Made by a program: the position numbers and the translations under genes. The notes under the pieces were generated by a model. The model was given only the letters and a program-made list of their open reading frames with translations, searched no databases and was not told the DNA's origin. Source: Deltaproteobacteria bacterium (GTDB lineage Bacteria > UBA10199 > JACPAL01 > JACOUP01). Taken from it: a DNA stretch of 64,000 nucleotides. Numbering within the stretch: position 1 is the first letter of the stretch; each line of letters starts with the position of its first letter. Below, in pieces: positions 9,272 to 23,680 of the stretch. The stretch spans positions 65,021-129,020 of the forward strand of contig JACOUP010000008.1 of the NCBI GenBank assembly GCA_016177765.1, written 5' to 3'.

Positions 9272-10366
9272 ATGGCCCATGATACAATACCCCCGCCGGC
9301 AGGTGAAGCACCCTTGGGTGAAGCACCCTTCCCTTATATTGTTGTCGAACCGGATGCGGCCGATGGTCTGGAAGATCAGCTGGACGGCTCCGATATTCCG
9401 ATTAGCGAGGCGATTGAGGGGGATAATTACAAAATGGATCGGAAGACAACCCGGGCCTTTCAAGACGACGAGGAGGCGTCCGCCTATGAATCCGATCTTT
9501 TTCCCAACGACCGGGCGATTACCCTGACGGAACTCCGGCGCGCCTTTTACGCCACCTACGGGACTCAGGAATCCCGGGCCGTGGCTGAGCGCGTCTTCGC
9601 CCAGATGAAACAAGAGCTTGGTGATACAGTCAGTAAAGATGAAATTGGCCGTTTTCAACAGATCCTGACCGATCAGTCTGCTCATCTCGACGCCGGTGGA
9701 ATCATCATTGATAACGATCTTGATAAAGGGGGAAGACTCGCGATCTCCGTAAAAAGACAGGGTCTCACCAAAGAGGATATTCAGAGACGGATCATCCCTT
9801 ATGACACCTGGAAATATATGAAAGACCTCGAGTTGACTTTTGACGTCCCGGTACCCGAAGAGCCGAATGCCTATTATGAATTTACCATCACCCATCCGGG
9901 CGGCGTCGCCGGAAAGGTCTTTGGGATCTTTCCCGCCGTAACCAAGATCACCCTGGCGGGGGGAAACGGTCCTCTCGTTGCCAAGTGGGAGATGGTTCCT
10001 CATGACACGGCAAGAGGATTAGTGGATCAGTATAAGGGGAGGTTGACAGAAGTGATGCGGGAGGCCCGTTTAAAAGACAATCCGGATGAATACGCAAACC
10101 AGTTTAAGGAAGAACTGGAGTCCGTCCGGAGTGTTCAGGGAAGTGTCCGCTACGACCCCCAGACAGGGGTTCTGACCTATGAACAAAACGTGAAGGTCTC
10201 CTGGTCCCCCCCTTCCGACAGTTTCGTCATTGAGCCTCTCTTAACCGTCGCCCTTCATTATGCCGGTGACCCACGGGCCAAGAAAAGAACCAAAATCCCC
10301 TGCTGGATGAGTGAAGATGACGGCCCAATGAAAAAGAAATACCGCTACGAGCCGGCCCTGAAATAA
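9272..10366 (+). CDS. Hypothetical protein; N-terminus carries the repeat-encoded GEAPLGEAP
   Basis: 364-aa ORF with a good SD (aaggag, 7 nt upstream). No recognisable family. Confidence 0.5.
   Translation: MAHDTIPPPAGEAPLGEAPFPYIVVEPDAADGLEDQLDGSDIPISEAIEGDNYKMDRKTTRAFQDDEEASAYESDLFPNDRAITLTELRRAFYATYGTQESRAVAERVFAQMKQELGDTVSKDEIGRFQQILTDQSAHLDAGGIIIDNDLDKGGRLAISVKRQGLTKEDIQRRIIPYDTWKYMKDLELTFDVPVPEEPNAYYEFTITHPGGVAGKVFGIFPAVTKITLAGGNGPLVAKWEMVPHDTARGLVDQYKGRLTEVMREARLKDNPDEYANQFKEELESVRSVQGSVRYDPQTGVLTYEQNVKVSWSPPSDSFVIEPLLTVALHYAGDPRAKKRTKIPCWMSEDDGPMKKKYRYEPALK
9302..9330. repeat. Palindromic repeat copy, 2 units (GGTGaagCACCCttGGGTGaagCACCC)
   Basis: In-frame at the N-terminus of 9272..10366, encoding GEAPLGEAP. 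Opposite orientation relative to the coding strand. Confidence 0.8.
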
Positions 10367-10372
10367 CCAAAT

Positions 10373-11725
10373 CTACCGCGGCGCCTCGGGCCAATAGTGA
10401 CCGAGAAACTCGTTTTTGACCTGATCAAAAGACTGCCCGTGGAAGGCCAGGTACTCCTCGGTCATGTGGCTTAATTCTCGAATCCGGTAAGAAAGGGAAA
10501 CCGCCCTCTGGTTGGTCTCCTTCCATTCCCCCTCTTCCGTTTTAATCCGGTCGTTTTCCGTTGTGTGAAGGGTCCCCAGTCCAAAGAGGTTGACGGAGAC
10601 ATACTCCTGACAAATGTTACTTTCTTTTTCATCCCAGTGGACGCAATGGGCCACGGAATCTTGCGCCAGGTGAAGGGCGGCCGCAAGCCGCATCTGGCGG
10701 ATCGCCTCCCAAGGCCCCTTGCCGGAGGCCAAACGATCCCACTGGTCTTCATGAAGATACCTCAAAACGTTCCGGTAATGGGCCACTCCCATCTCAAAGG
10801 CCCCTTCAACCCCCCTCTCCGCATCCACAAAATTATTCAGCGCCCCCCTGATATGAGCGGCAAGATCACTGTAAGAACGCATCAAGACCTCAAGAACCTC
10901 ACGGTTAGGATAATCGTCGGCATCATTACCGGGAAAGACAACATTTCTCATCTGGGCATACATCATCAAAGATCTCAATTTTTTGATCCCCCGAACAACC
11001 TCCTCCAGACGATTAGCAACCAACGCCTCTTTCATATCGGTGATCTGTGAAAGAATGCCGTTTAAGGGCTCATTGTCAGAAAAAGCCGGATGGGCCTTTT
11101 GCAGTTCCTCCCCCAATCGATGAATTTCAGTGAGATGATGACCCATCGCTCCCCGAATCCTGGTCCGTGTCTCCGCCATCCCCTGGAGCTTGACGCACCC
11201 TTTATCATCAACAACAACCGGCCTGACAGCATGCCTTTCGTTGAGTTCGGCACTGCCAAACTGGCTCCCGATCAGGCTGACATAATTGGCATGAATCAAG
11301 GGGGGAAAATCGCGGTAAGATACCTCTTTTCGGATAAGATCAACAAATTTGGGCTCTTCCGAGGAATAAAGACTTAGAGCCCCCCAAGGGAGAAGATAGG
11401 CGATATGGGTAATCAAGGAGTGCGCATCCTCCTCGGAACCAACCCTCTCCTGGTTAATCGTCAGGCTGGGGGGAAGACCCAAGAAAAGGAAACGGGAGAA
11501 TCCGGCAAGGACCCACGGCCCCTCTTCAAGCTGTGGCAGGTAACTCCGTTCCCAAAACCCCTGATCCCTCAGCTCCGGGACAAGGAGATCAACGACAATA
11601 TCGTTGTCTTCCTGAAAGCAAACCTCGAGGTTGGCCTCCGGCATCTTGAAACAGAGCCCGGAGGCGACAAGAAGCCCGGTATTGTCTGCATAATGATCAA
11701 AAACAATCGAGTTTTCTGCCAACAT
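10373..11725 (-). CDS. Hypothetical protein, paralog A of a tandem pair (possible His/Asp metal-hydrolase, PLC/P1-nuclease-like motifs)
   Basis: 450 aa. Shares N-terminal (LCFxMxE…VLDLL…W.RSY.P.LE.G.W) and C-terminal (AAA.HLAQD.VAHC) blocks with 11786..13174. Confidence 0.55.
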   Translation of the reverse strand: MLAENSIVFDHYADNTGLLVASGLCFKMPEANLEVCFQEDNDIVVDLLVPELRDQGFWERSYLPQLEEGPWVLAGFSRFLFLGLPPSLTINQERVGSEEDAHSLITHIAYLLPWGALSLYSSEEPKFVDLIRKEVSYRDFPPLIHANYVSLIGSQFGSAELNERHAVRPVVVDDKGCVKLQGMAETRTRIRGAMGHHLTEIHRLGEELQKAHPAFSDNEPLNGILSQITDMKEALVANRLEEVVRGIKKLRSLMMYAQMRNVVFPGNDADDYPNREVLEVLMRSYSDLAAHIRGALNNFVDAERGVEGAFEMGVAHYRNVLRYLHEDQWDRLASGKGPWEAIRQMRLAAALHLAQDSVAHCVHWDEKESNICQEYVSVNLFGLGTLHTTENDRIKTEEGEWKETNQRAVSLSYRIRELSHMTEEYLAFHGQSFDQVKNEFLGHYWPEAPR

Positions 11726-11785
11726 CGGCGAACTGGATCGGCGGGGTTAAAACAATAGTTGCGTAAAAGAAAAAACTTTTCTGGA

Positions 11786-13174
11786 TTATTCGTCAGGCCA
11801 GTACTGGTCAAGAAATTCTTTTTTGGTTTTCAGAAAGTCTGCATCATTTGGAAGATTCGCAATCTTCAAAAGTTGAATCGAGATCGCCACTGCACGGTCG
11901 GTCGAAGGCTTTAGAACCCCTTTTCGGGTCGTAATCTCGTCATCCTCAGGGAGGTGAAGGCTCCCCAGCCCCAGAAAATTGTTGGAGACAGCGTCCTGGC
12001 AGACATCCCTCTCCCAACTGCGGCAATGGGCAACGTAATCCTGGGCCAGGTGTATGGCGGCCGCCAGCTTCATCTGTCCCATGGCGGTCAATGGCCCACG
12101 GCCTGAGGCCAGGGAATCCCAATCCTCCTCCGGAAGGTATCTCAAGACCTCCTTATAAGAACGGATCCCCGCCGCCAGGGCCTTTTCGTCCCCCTTGGGT
12201 GAATCACCCATCATCGCGTTGGTAAAATGACGACCGGATTCCTGAATCAAACGGGCCAGGTCTCGATAAGGTTCAATCTGATGATACAAACTCCAAGGGC
12301 GATTGTACCGGTTCGAATCATTCTGGGGGAATTTGACGTTGCGCATCCTTGGATAAAAAAACCGCGGACGGAGTCTCTTCAGGCGAGCCACCACTTTGGG
12401 ATATTGTTCCTGATTAAAGTCATCATTCATCGCTCGAAGTTCCCTGAAGAGGCGGACCATTTCCCGATCATCCAAAAAAATGACTGGACTCTGATCCAGC
12501 TCTTTTTGAATCTGATGGATCTCGGAGAGCCACCGATCCATCGACTTCCGGATCATCTGACGCGTCTCTCCCATCGTTCGGAGTCTTACCTGATCCAACT
12601 CAGGATCAAACTTGACCCCCCTCATGGCGTGATGGGTCGTCCCTCTTTGGGCATTGAAAAGCAGACCCAGATAATCGACATAATTACCACGCCGTGTCGG
12701 CGGATAGTCCTGATAATCCAGCTCTTCGTAGAGTTTCAACGCTGATTCATCCCCCCTGGACCCGTAAAAGGGGAGTTCAAAATCTTTTCCAAGCCTCTCT
12801 AACGCGAACCGTGTAATATTGGCGTGGCCGGCCTCCTCATGACCGACCGGTTCTTCACCGACCGTAAGACTGGGGGGGAGCCAGATCACGGCCAAAAGTT
12901 TGAGCCCACTGACCCGCCAAGCCCCCTTCTCCAGCGAAGGGACATAGCTTCGATCCCAGCGGGCCTGTCCCCTTTCCACCGAGTGGAGAAGGTCCAGGAC
13001 AAGGGCCCCCTCCGGGAAACAGGCCGAAAGCCCGGACTCTTCCATCTCAAAACAGAGTTCGGAATTGACGAGTTTGCCGGTTTCCTCAGGGTAGGACCGG
13101 AGGGGACTGTTGTCGCTTGAATAGGCAACAACCCCCTCTGAGACAAGCCTGGCGACTGTTAGAAAGGCTCCCAT
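11786..13174 (-). CDS. Hypothetical protein, paralog B of the tandem pair; contains repeat-encoded GDSPKGD
   Basis: 462 aa with conserved blocks shared with paralog A, including a GH.NI….A N-terminal motif and HLAQDYVAHC. Confidence 0.55.
   Translation of the reverse strand: MGAFLTVARLVSEGVVAYSSDNSPLRSYPEETGKLVNSELCFEMEESGLSACFPEGALVLDLLHSVERGQARWDRSYVPSLEKGAWRVSGLKLLAVIWLPPSLTVGEEPVGHEEAGHANITRFALERLGKDFELPFYGSRGDESALKLYEELDYQDYPPTRRGNYVDYLGLLFNAQRGTTHHAMRGVKFDPELDQVRLRTMGETRQMIRKSMDRWLSEIHQIQKELDQSPVIFLDDREMVRLFRELRAMNDDFNQEQYPKVVARLKRLRPRFFYPRMRNVKFPQNDSNRYNRPWSLYHQIEPYRDLARLIQESGRHFTNAMMGDSPKGDEKALAAGIRSYKEVLRYLPEEDWDSLASGRGPLTAMGQMKLAAAIHLAQDYVAHCRSWERDVCQDAVSNNFLGLGSLHLPEDDEITTRKGVLKPSTDRAVAISIQLLKIANLPNDADFLKTKKEFLDQYWPDE
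12190..12209. repeat. Palindromic repeat copy, ~1.3 units (cccttGGGTGaatCACCC)
   Basis: In-frame in paralog B, encoding GDSPKG. Confidence 0.7.
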
Positions 13175-13242
13175 TCCGTATCAGATTATCGGTAGAAAAG
13201 AGCTAAAGTTGTGACAGCGCCCCCCCATAACAGCGCGTTGCG

Positions 13243-17565
<4,323 letters not shown>

Positions 17566-17611
17566 AAATACCGCAACCGGTTGTCAGGGCCGTCCGATAA
17601 GCAACCCGCTT

Positions 17612-19471
17612 ATGCCCCCACCGGTCCGCACCATTGAAAGCCGCTTCCTGATCCACCGTCTGGCCGAGGCGACCGGTCTTCCGGAGTCGGATTCCGGCAT
17701 TCAAGACCTTGTTCGTGATCTCGACAGCCTCGATGACCAAATCGACGGGGTCATCCCATACGATCCCGACGACACCTTTTTCATCCCCCTCCCGGAAGAT
17801 CCGAGACAATACGTCCAGGTGAGCCGGACCGCCCTCTTCCGTGGTCTCGTTACCATACGTCTTGGCGGCGAGGGGGTGGATAGCCGGATCATCGAAGGGG
17901 CCTTAGCCGTCCTTCTGGAAGAGATGCCGGATGAGCCGACCGCGGAGGCATTGGCCAGACCGGCAGCTATCGGTGCTGAAATGGCGGCCGGAATCGGGGA
18001 AGAAGCCCATCTCCTGGAGGATGCCTCCCCTTCTAAACCGCCGCCTCCTCCCTGGGGAAGCGCAGCGACATGGGACGAGATCACCGGACTGGTGGTGATT
18101 GGCCTGGAGAGACAATCTGAAGGGACCCTTGTCGTGACCATCCTTTCTCCTTCTGAAGATCTCCCCGGTAAGTTTATCTGGATGGAGACAACTACACGGG
18201 TCTCATCGGTTCATCTGACTTCCGATGGTCAAAGAGCGGTCCTGCGGTTTGACTCTGAAAGAGAGAACCGCAGTTCTCTTGAATACCCCCTGTTCCCGGG
18301 AACCCCCGGCAACGACCTTTTGATCCGAAACGGTGGCGCACTCACCGCCAATGACACCGATCAAACAATGAAACTCCTCGCCTTTGCGGGGGCGGTCAAT
18401 GAGGAACATCTGGCGAGTCTGGATAGCAAGGCCGGTTTTCACCTGAATCCGGACGATCTCTGGCTCAAGGGGCATCATTATGGGAAGGTTGTCTCCATTG
18501 TCCTGATGGCAGAGGAACGGTTCGTCGTCATTGCAGAGCTAAGGCACAGAGGAAAGCTCCTTGTGGTGATGGCGGAACCGGATTCCTTTTCACTGGTCCG
18601 TCTGGACAACGGGTTATGGAGGGTCGAATACCGGATCCTGACCCCTGATGACGCCCCGACAATCACCCAGGGGATTGACCTTCATCCGAAACAGCCGGCT
18701 GTCACGGCCTGGATTCGGGAGGTGGTTGGAGAAGTCAGCGGGTCGGCCGTAGGCGCCGCCTCCTTTCCCCTCTCCCTTGAACAGGCGATTTCCCTTCTGG
18801 AACAGCAACCACTTTCCGCTTTGGAAGAGGCGGCGGTCGGGACAGCCGCGATCAGCGTCGCTACAGAGCTCCAGCGACTGGCCGAGGCAAACCCGGATCT
18901 CCCCCTCAGGGAACTGATTAAAAGACAAACGTTTCCGGAGAGCCCAACCCGGTCCCCACCCCGCAAACCACCCCGCGGCGGCGGTAGCGGACAAGGAGGT
19001 CCGGCCACTCCTGTTTCGGGCGGTTGGGGCAACCCTGTCTACGCTGAACCAGGCAAGTCCCCATTCAAGGCGACCGGTCTTGGCGATATCGCAATGGTTC
19101 TGGCGATCGCCCAGACATTGGACCCAGAGTCCCAGTCGGTCGTCGGGGCGTTCCTTGCCTCCGGTCAGCCGGTACCGAATATTCCGGTTGTCTTTCCCCA
19201 GGAACTTTCGGGAGAAGAACCGCTCGCCGTCGCCGGGCGGGCTGTTGTCCGGATCTTGGCCGATAGCCTGACTTCAAGACCTGCCGATCCCTTTATTATC
19301 GAACGGGTCACAACCGGTCTCCATCGACTCCAGCCTCCCCAAAGGGGGCCTGGCACCCTTTCAAGGCCCGAAAGGGACCGTGCGGTGGAAGAGGCGGTCC
19401 GACGGGGGCCTGCTCCAGGCGGGCCTGCTTTAGCCGGGCCAGCCCGGTTTTTTCGAGCAACTTTCCATTAA
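17612..19471 (+). CDS. Hypothetical P/A/G-rich protein
   Basis: ORF trimmed to the first ATG after the pyrG stop. High GC with low-complexity Pro-rich termini. No family recognised. Confidence 0.4.
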   Translation: MPPPVRTIESRFLIHRLAEATGLPESDSGIQDLVRDLDSLDDQIDGVIPYDPDDTFFIPLPEDPRQYVQVSRTALFRGLVTIRLGGEGVDSRIIEGALAVLLEEMPDEPTAEALARPAAIGAEMAAGIGEEAHLLEDASPSKPPPPPWGSAATWDEITGLVVIGLERQSEGTLVVTILSPSEDLPGKFIWMETTTRVSSVHLTSDGQRAVLRFDSERENRSSLEYPLFPGTPGNDLLIRNGGALTANDTDQTMKLLAFAGAVNEEHLASLDSKAGFHLNPDDLWLKGHHYGKVVSIVLMAEERFVVIAELRHRGKLLVVMAEPDSFSLVRLDNGLWRVEYRILTPDDAPTITQGIDLHPKQPAVTAWIREVVGEVSGSAVGAASFPLSLEQAISLLEQQPLSALEEAAVGTAAISVATELQRLAEANPDLPLRELIKRQTFPESPTRSPPRKPPRGGGSGQGGPATPVSGGWGNPVYAEPGKSPFKATGLGDIAMVLAIAQTLDPESQSVVGAFLASGQPVPNIPVVFPQELSGEEPLAVAGRAVVRILADSLTSRPADPFIIERVTTGLHRLQPPQRGPGTLSRPERDRAVEEAVRRGPAPGGPALAGPARFFRATFH

Positions 19472-19504
19472 CGGGGGCGATAAGAACCCCAAAGCGAAAC
19501 AACC

Positions 19505-21217
19505 ATGGCCCCTCCTGATCCGATCAGTCCCGGCAGTCGTCCCCCTTTTCTTAACGACCCCTTTTTCGCCCGATACCGGGAATCGGTCGCCGCCCGGGAA
19601 TCGATCCTCCACCACACCACGGTTCATGCCCAACAGGTACAGGTCGAATTTTTGGGGGTCATCCATGGTGATTATCGTTTCCGTGAAACCGTTGTCTCCT
19701 CCGAACCGGGGGTCAGTTTTACAAAAACGAACGCCTGGAGCTATGAGGGGTTGCGGTGGCTCCGGCATGCCCCGGACCTCAGTGGGGCCGAGGCGATCTG
19801 CTACGCCGGGGCGGGAATCGCCGCCGTTGGGATCGCCGGCTGGGTCGCGGTGGAAGGGGGAATTGTCACCCTCGCGGCAAAAACCCCTGAAGCGGTGGCC
19901 GCCCTGCAAAAAACCATGATCGCCTATTGGACACAAAAACGGATCATCACGGCAGTCACCGCCGGAGGGGTGAACGTCGTTGTGGGGGAGGCAGTCTCTC
20001 CCCTCTTCGGCCATACGCCCGACGCGCGTGAATCGGTTTTGAATTTTGGTTTCGGGGCCGCCACAGGGCTGGTCTTCCCGCTCCCGGAGCTTGGGCTTCT
20101 GGAAGCGGTCGCCAACCGACAGTGGGTTCCCTATTTCCTGCAAAGTCTGCAAAGGGGGGCCACGCTCCATGGCCCGATGGGGGCGACCTGGTCGGTTGCA
20201 AATCTGGCGACCCATCCGGAACAAGACAGCGGACCGGCAGGTATCGCGAGCCATGCACTCAGCGGGTTTGTGGCCGGGGCCGCCCTCGGCCCGGCCGTGG
20301 ATAATCTCCTCTACGGCATCGGTGCCACCACGAGAAACTTTATCGAGATTGGACCGCCACGGGTTGCCGTCAAGGTCACCTCCGGAAAAACAACCGGGAG
20401 ACAACCTCCCCAAACAGAACCAGAGGGTGTGCCACCCAAGGGGATCTATTTCATGAAATCCCCTCCCTCCGAGTTCTTCAGCAGGGAGGTAGAGGTTGAT
20501 TTTGATCTACTCTTGAGACTCTGCGAAGAGCATGGAGCGGATGGCACTATTAAGGGCATGCTCGAAACCTTTCGAAGCATTGAGTCCGGTAAAAAGATTG
20601 CTGTCCGTGTGGACATGGCCCGCGATGGAACACTTTCTTTCTATCTCCCCAACTTCAGTCAAAGGACCATCCATCTCCCCACAAGAGAATATAGGGCATG
20701 GCGCGAATTTTTTGAGGAGCATACCGGCATTGAATTCCCGAGGGCAGAATCGGGGGTGGCGGAAACGGTCCCCCCCGTTGCCGCTGAGAGAGATACCGTC
20801 CCATTTCAGCCGGGAGAACCCGCCACCCCTCCCTTCACGAGACCCGAAACCGCCGAGCACCCCTCACTAAGAGAACCGCCCGACTTTCCTCCCGGCACAA
20901 CAGCAGTGGTTCCAAGAACAGCCTTTCCAGCCTTTGATGCCACCCCCAGAGATGTGAGGACCCTTGTCACGAATCAAAATCGTCCGATCGGAAAGGCCCT
21001 GGACCTTCTCAAAGGAGATCCTCCTGAATCGTTACTCGCCTTCGATTCCCTCCTGGAACAAGCGATCAAGACCGGGGAAGATCAGTACGCAAAACTCCCG
21101 AACGGCTGGTCGGTCCAGATCACCCGCACCCCGGCTTCAGACCCTATCAGCGCCCCTCCCGGACAATCGGCCGAGCTCCAGCCGGTTCTTCACTTCCAAT
21201 TTTTCATGGAAGATTAA
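19505..21217 (+). CDS. Hypothetical protein (Gly/Ala-rich N-half, Pro-rich C-half); contains repeat-encoded GVPPKG
   Basis: 570-aa ORF. No recognisable domain. Confidence 0.45.
   Translation: MAPPDPISPGSRPPFLNDPFFARYRESVAARESILHHTTVHAQQVQVEFLGVIHGDYRFRETVVSSEPGVSFTKTNAWSYEGLRWLRHAPDLSGAEAICYAGAGIAAVGIAGWVAVEGGIVTLAAKTPEAVAALQKTMIAYWTQKRIITAVTAGGVNVVVGEAVSPLFGHTPDARESVLNFGFGAATGLVFPLPELGLLEAVANRQWVPYFLQSLQRGATLHGPMGATWSVANLATHPEQDSGPAGIASHALSGFVAGAALGPAVDNLLYGIGATTRNFIEIGPPRVAVKVTSGKTTGRQPPQTEPEGVPPKGIYFMKSPPSEFFSREVEVDFDLLLRLCEEHGADGTIKGMLETFRSIESGKKIAVRVDMARDGTLSFYLPNFSQRTIHLPTREYRAWREFFEEHTGIEFPRAESGVAETVPPVAAERDTVPFQPGEPATPPFTRPETAEHPSLREPPDFPPGTTAVVPRTAFPAFDATPRDVRTLVTNQNRPIGKALDLLKGDPPESLLAFDSLLEQAIKTGEDQYAKLPNGWSVQITRTPASDPISAPPGQSAELQPVLHFQFFMED
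20424..20443. repeat. Palindromic repeat copy (aGGGTGtgcCACCCaaGGGG)
   Basis: In-frame in 19505..21217, encoding GVPPKG. Confidence 0.65.
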
Positions 21218-21289
21218 GGGCCTTCCTTTTTTTTCTTGACTTTCCACCCCCCACCGACCTGACTAAAAGAGGGCTCAATCTCCCACAGC

Positions 21290-21319
21290 TTGACACCGAT
21301 CGCCCCGGAGGCATATCAT
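21290..21319 (+). promoter_or_regulatory. Candidate sigma-70-type promoter upstream of rpoN (TTGACA - 18 nt - TATCAT)
   Basis: TTGACA at 21290-21295 and TATCAT at 21314-21319, about 24 nt before the rpoN GTG start. Confidence 0.3.
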
Positions 21320-21343
21320 TAGTGGAAGAGGAAACTGTCAACC

Positions 21344-22831
21344 GTGCCCCTCGAGATCAAACAGAACCTCAGGCTCTCCCAACAGCTCGTCATCACCCCA
21401 CAGCTGCAACAGGCGATCAAGCTCCTGCAACTCTCCCGGCTCGAACTGCAAAATCTGGTCCAGCATGAGCTGTTGGAAAACCCGGTCCTGGAAGAACAGC
21501 CGGAGGAGGAAGAAACCCCCCAGGAGGAGGAGACCTCCGCCGTCACCGAACCGATGGCCCTCCAGCATGAATCCAAGGAAAAACTGACCGAAGAGCTCTC
21601 CAGCGAAACCAAGGAGATGAAGCAACCGACCGATTTTGATTGGGAAAACTACATCGGCCAGTACAACGCCGCCGAGATGTACGGACCGACGGAACCGAAG
21701 GGGGAGGCCCCCTCCAATGATGACCTCCCGACCTATGAAAACAGCCTGACCCGTCCGGACACCCTGCAGGAACACCTGATCTGGCAACTCCATTTTGCCA
21801 ACCTCTCCGAGGAGGAGATGAAGATCGCCGATGAACTGATCGGAAACTTAAGCGACGACGGCTACCTTCAGGTGAACCTGGAGGAATTGTCACAGAAAAA
21901 CGGAAATAATCTCCCCGAGATCGAAGCGGTCCTGAAAAAGATCCAGGAGTTTGATCCCCCGGGGGTCGGGGCGAGGAATCTTCAGGAGTGTCTCAAACTT
22001 CAGATCGGCCACCACGGAGAGGCCAAGGAACTCCTGGCCCATATCATTGACCATCACCTGGCCAACCTGGAAAAAAAGAACTTTCAGGCGATCGCCAAGG
22101 AATGCGGCATCAGCGTGGAAAAGGTGGGGGAACTGGCCAAGGTTATTTCTTTTCTGGAACCGAAACCGGGACGCCCATTCGGGGGAGAACGACCTCAATA
22201 CATCGTGCCGGATGTTTTCGTCCACAAGATCGGCGAAGATTATATTGTCCTTTTGAACGATGACGGTCTTCCGAGACTGCAGATCAGCAATTTTTATCGG
22301 AACGCCCTTATGCAAAAAACGGTGCCGGACAACGCCCGCGACTACATCCAGGACAAACTCCGGAGCGCCCTCTGGCTGATCCGGAGCATCCACCAGAGGC
22401 AGAGAACCCTCTATAAGGTGACCTGTTCCATCGTCAAATTCCAGAAGGAGTTTTTGGAGAAAGGGATTCATTACCTCCGTCCGCTCGTCCTCCGGGATGT
22501 CGCGGAGGATATCGGGATGCATGAATCGACCATCTCCCGCGTTACCAACAACAAGTACGCCCAGACCCCGATGGGGCTTTTTGAACTGAAATATTTCTTT
22601 CATTCCAAGGTCACCACCTCCAACGGGGAGGCGATGACTTCCGAGGCGGTCAAGGATGAGATCCGTAAAATGATTTCCGGTGAAAACCACCAGAAGCCAC
22701 TCTCCGACCAGGAGATTGCCGAGATGCTCCATAAAACCAATATCCAGGTGGCCCGACGAACAGTTGCTAAATATAGAGAAATATTGGGTCTTTTGCCATC
22801 CTCCCGAAGAAAACAGGCCCCTCAAGGCTAA
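21344..22831 (+). CDS. rpoN: RNA polymerase sigma-54 factor
   Basis: The N-terminal activator-interacting region LSQQLVITPQLQQAIKLLQLSRLEL, an acidic region II, and a C-terminal RpoN box (…RRTVAKYRE…). Confidence 0.9.
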   Translation: MPLEIKQNLRLSQQLVITPQLQQAIKLLQLSRLELQNLVQHELLENPVLEEQPEEEETPQEEETSAVTEPMALQHESKEKLTEELSSETKEMKQPTDFDWENYIGQYNAAEMYGPTEPKGEAPSNDDLPTYENSLTRPDTLQEHLIWQLHFANLSEEEMKIADELIGNLSDDGYLQVNLEELSQKNGNNLPEIEAVLKKIQEFDPPGVGARNLQECLKLQIGHHGEAKELLAHIIDHHLANLEKKNFQAIAKECGISVEKVGELAKVISFLEPKPGRPFGGERPQYIVPDVFVHKIGEDYIVLLNDDGLPRLQISNFYRNALMQKTVPDNARDYIQDKLRSALWLIRSIHQRQRTLYKVTCSIVKFQKEFLEKGIHYLRPLVLRDVAEDIGMHESTISRVTNNKYAQTPMGLFELKYFFHSKVTTSNGEAMTSEAVKDEIRKMISGENHQKPLSDQEIAEMLHKTNIQVARRTVAKYREILGLLPSSRRKQAPQG

Positions 22832-22843
22832 AGGAGTAAATTC

Positions 22844-23149
22844 ATGGAACTGCATATGACCTTCCGACACACCGCCCCTACGGAGGCGTTGAAGAGTCAT
22901 GTTGAAGAAAAGCTGGGAAGGCTGACCAAGTATTTTGTCAAACCGGAGGCGTTTCATGTGATCCTGACGGTGGAAAGGGCCCGTCATATTGTCGAGATCA
23001 CATTCTCGGAAAACGGCAACCTCTACACCGCCAGGGAGAAAACAAACAATATGTACCTCTCCATTGACCGAACCATCCACAAGCTGGAACACCAGCTTAA
23101 AAAATACAAAGAGAAGCTCAAAGAACACAAGAAAAAGAGGCTGATTTGA
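22844..23149 (+). CDS. hpf: Ribosome hibernation promoting factor / sigma-54 modulation protein
   Basis: 101 aa, of the YfiA/HPF family, in its conserved position after rpoN. Confidence 0.8.
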   Translation: MELHMTFRHTAPTEALKSHVEEKLGRLTKYFVKPEAFHVILTVERARHIVEITFSENGNLYTAREKTNNMYLSIDRTIHKLEHQLKKYKEKLKEHKKKRLI

Positions 23150-23209
23150 GTCTATTTAGTATTGCTTTTCTTCCAACGGTGTCCTAGCGTCCCCCCCTCG
23201 AGTGACACC

Positions 23210-23680
23210 ATGAAGATCAAGCAGATCCTCCGCGAGAGCTCAGTTGAATCCAACCTCAAGGCCGATTCCAAGGAAGGGGTCATTGAGGAACTGGCCTCCC
23301 TGCTCCTGCAGGGACAGGCGGCGCCTCAACCGGAATTCAGGGAGAAACTGGTCCGCGTCCTGATGGAGCGGGAAAAATTGGGGAGCACCGGCATCGGGAA
23401 CGGCGTCGCGATCCCCCACGGCAAGATGCCCGGTCTGGGCGAGATCATGACCGGCTTTGGGCGAAGCCCGAAAGGGATCGAGTTTGATTCGCAGGATGGA
23501 AGGTCGGCCCATCTTTTCTTCATCCTCGTGGCCCCGGAAAATGCCGCCAGTCTCCACCTCAAGGCCTTGGCCCGCCTGTCCCGGCTTTTGAAAGATGCCC
23601 ACTTCAGAAACAAGTTGATGGAGGCAGAATCCGCCCACGCCTTGTACCAGGCGATTGTTGAAGAAGATGAGAAATTCTAA
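23210..23680 (+). CDS. ptsN: PTS IIA-like nitrogen regulatory protein (EIIA-Ntr)
   Basis: EIIA-Fru/Ntr fold (…GIGNGVAIPHGK…). The start is set at MKIKQILRE (23210). Confidence 0.8.
   Translation: MKIKQILRESSVESNLKADSKEGVIEELASLLLQGQAAPQPEFREKLVRVLMEREKLGSTGIGNGVAIPHGKMPGLGEIMTGFGRSPKGIEFDSQDGRSAHLFFILVAPENAASLHLKALARLSRLLKDAHFRNKLMEAESAHALYQAIVEEDEKF

Noticed and set aside
11381-11390. Half-site matches to the repeat core (CCCCCAAGGG at 11381; CCCCAAGGGGTGACGCC at 56983)
   Set aside because: Only one arm of the palindrome is present. They could be degraded copies or chance matches in GC-rich coding DNA. They are not counted.
21890-23128. Long minus-strand ORFs (412 aa, 151 aa) opposite rpoN and hpf
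   Set aside because: rpoN and hpf assignments on the plus strand are unambiguous. These are shadow ORFs.
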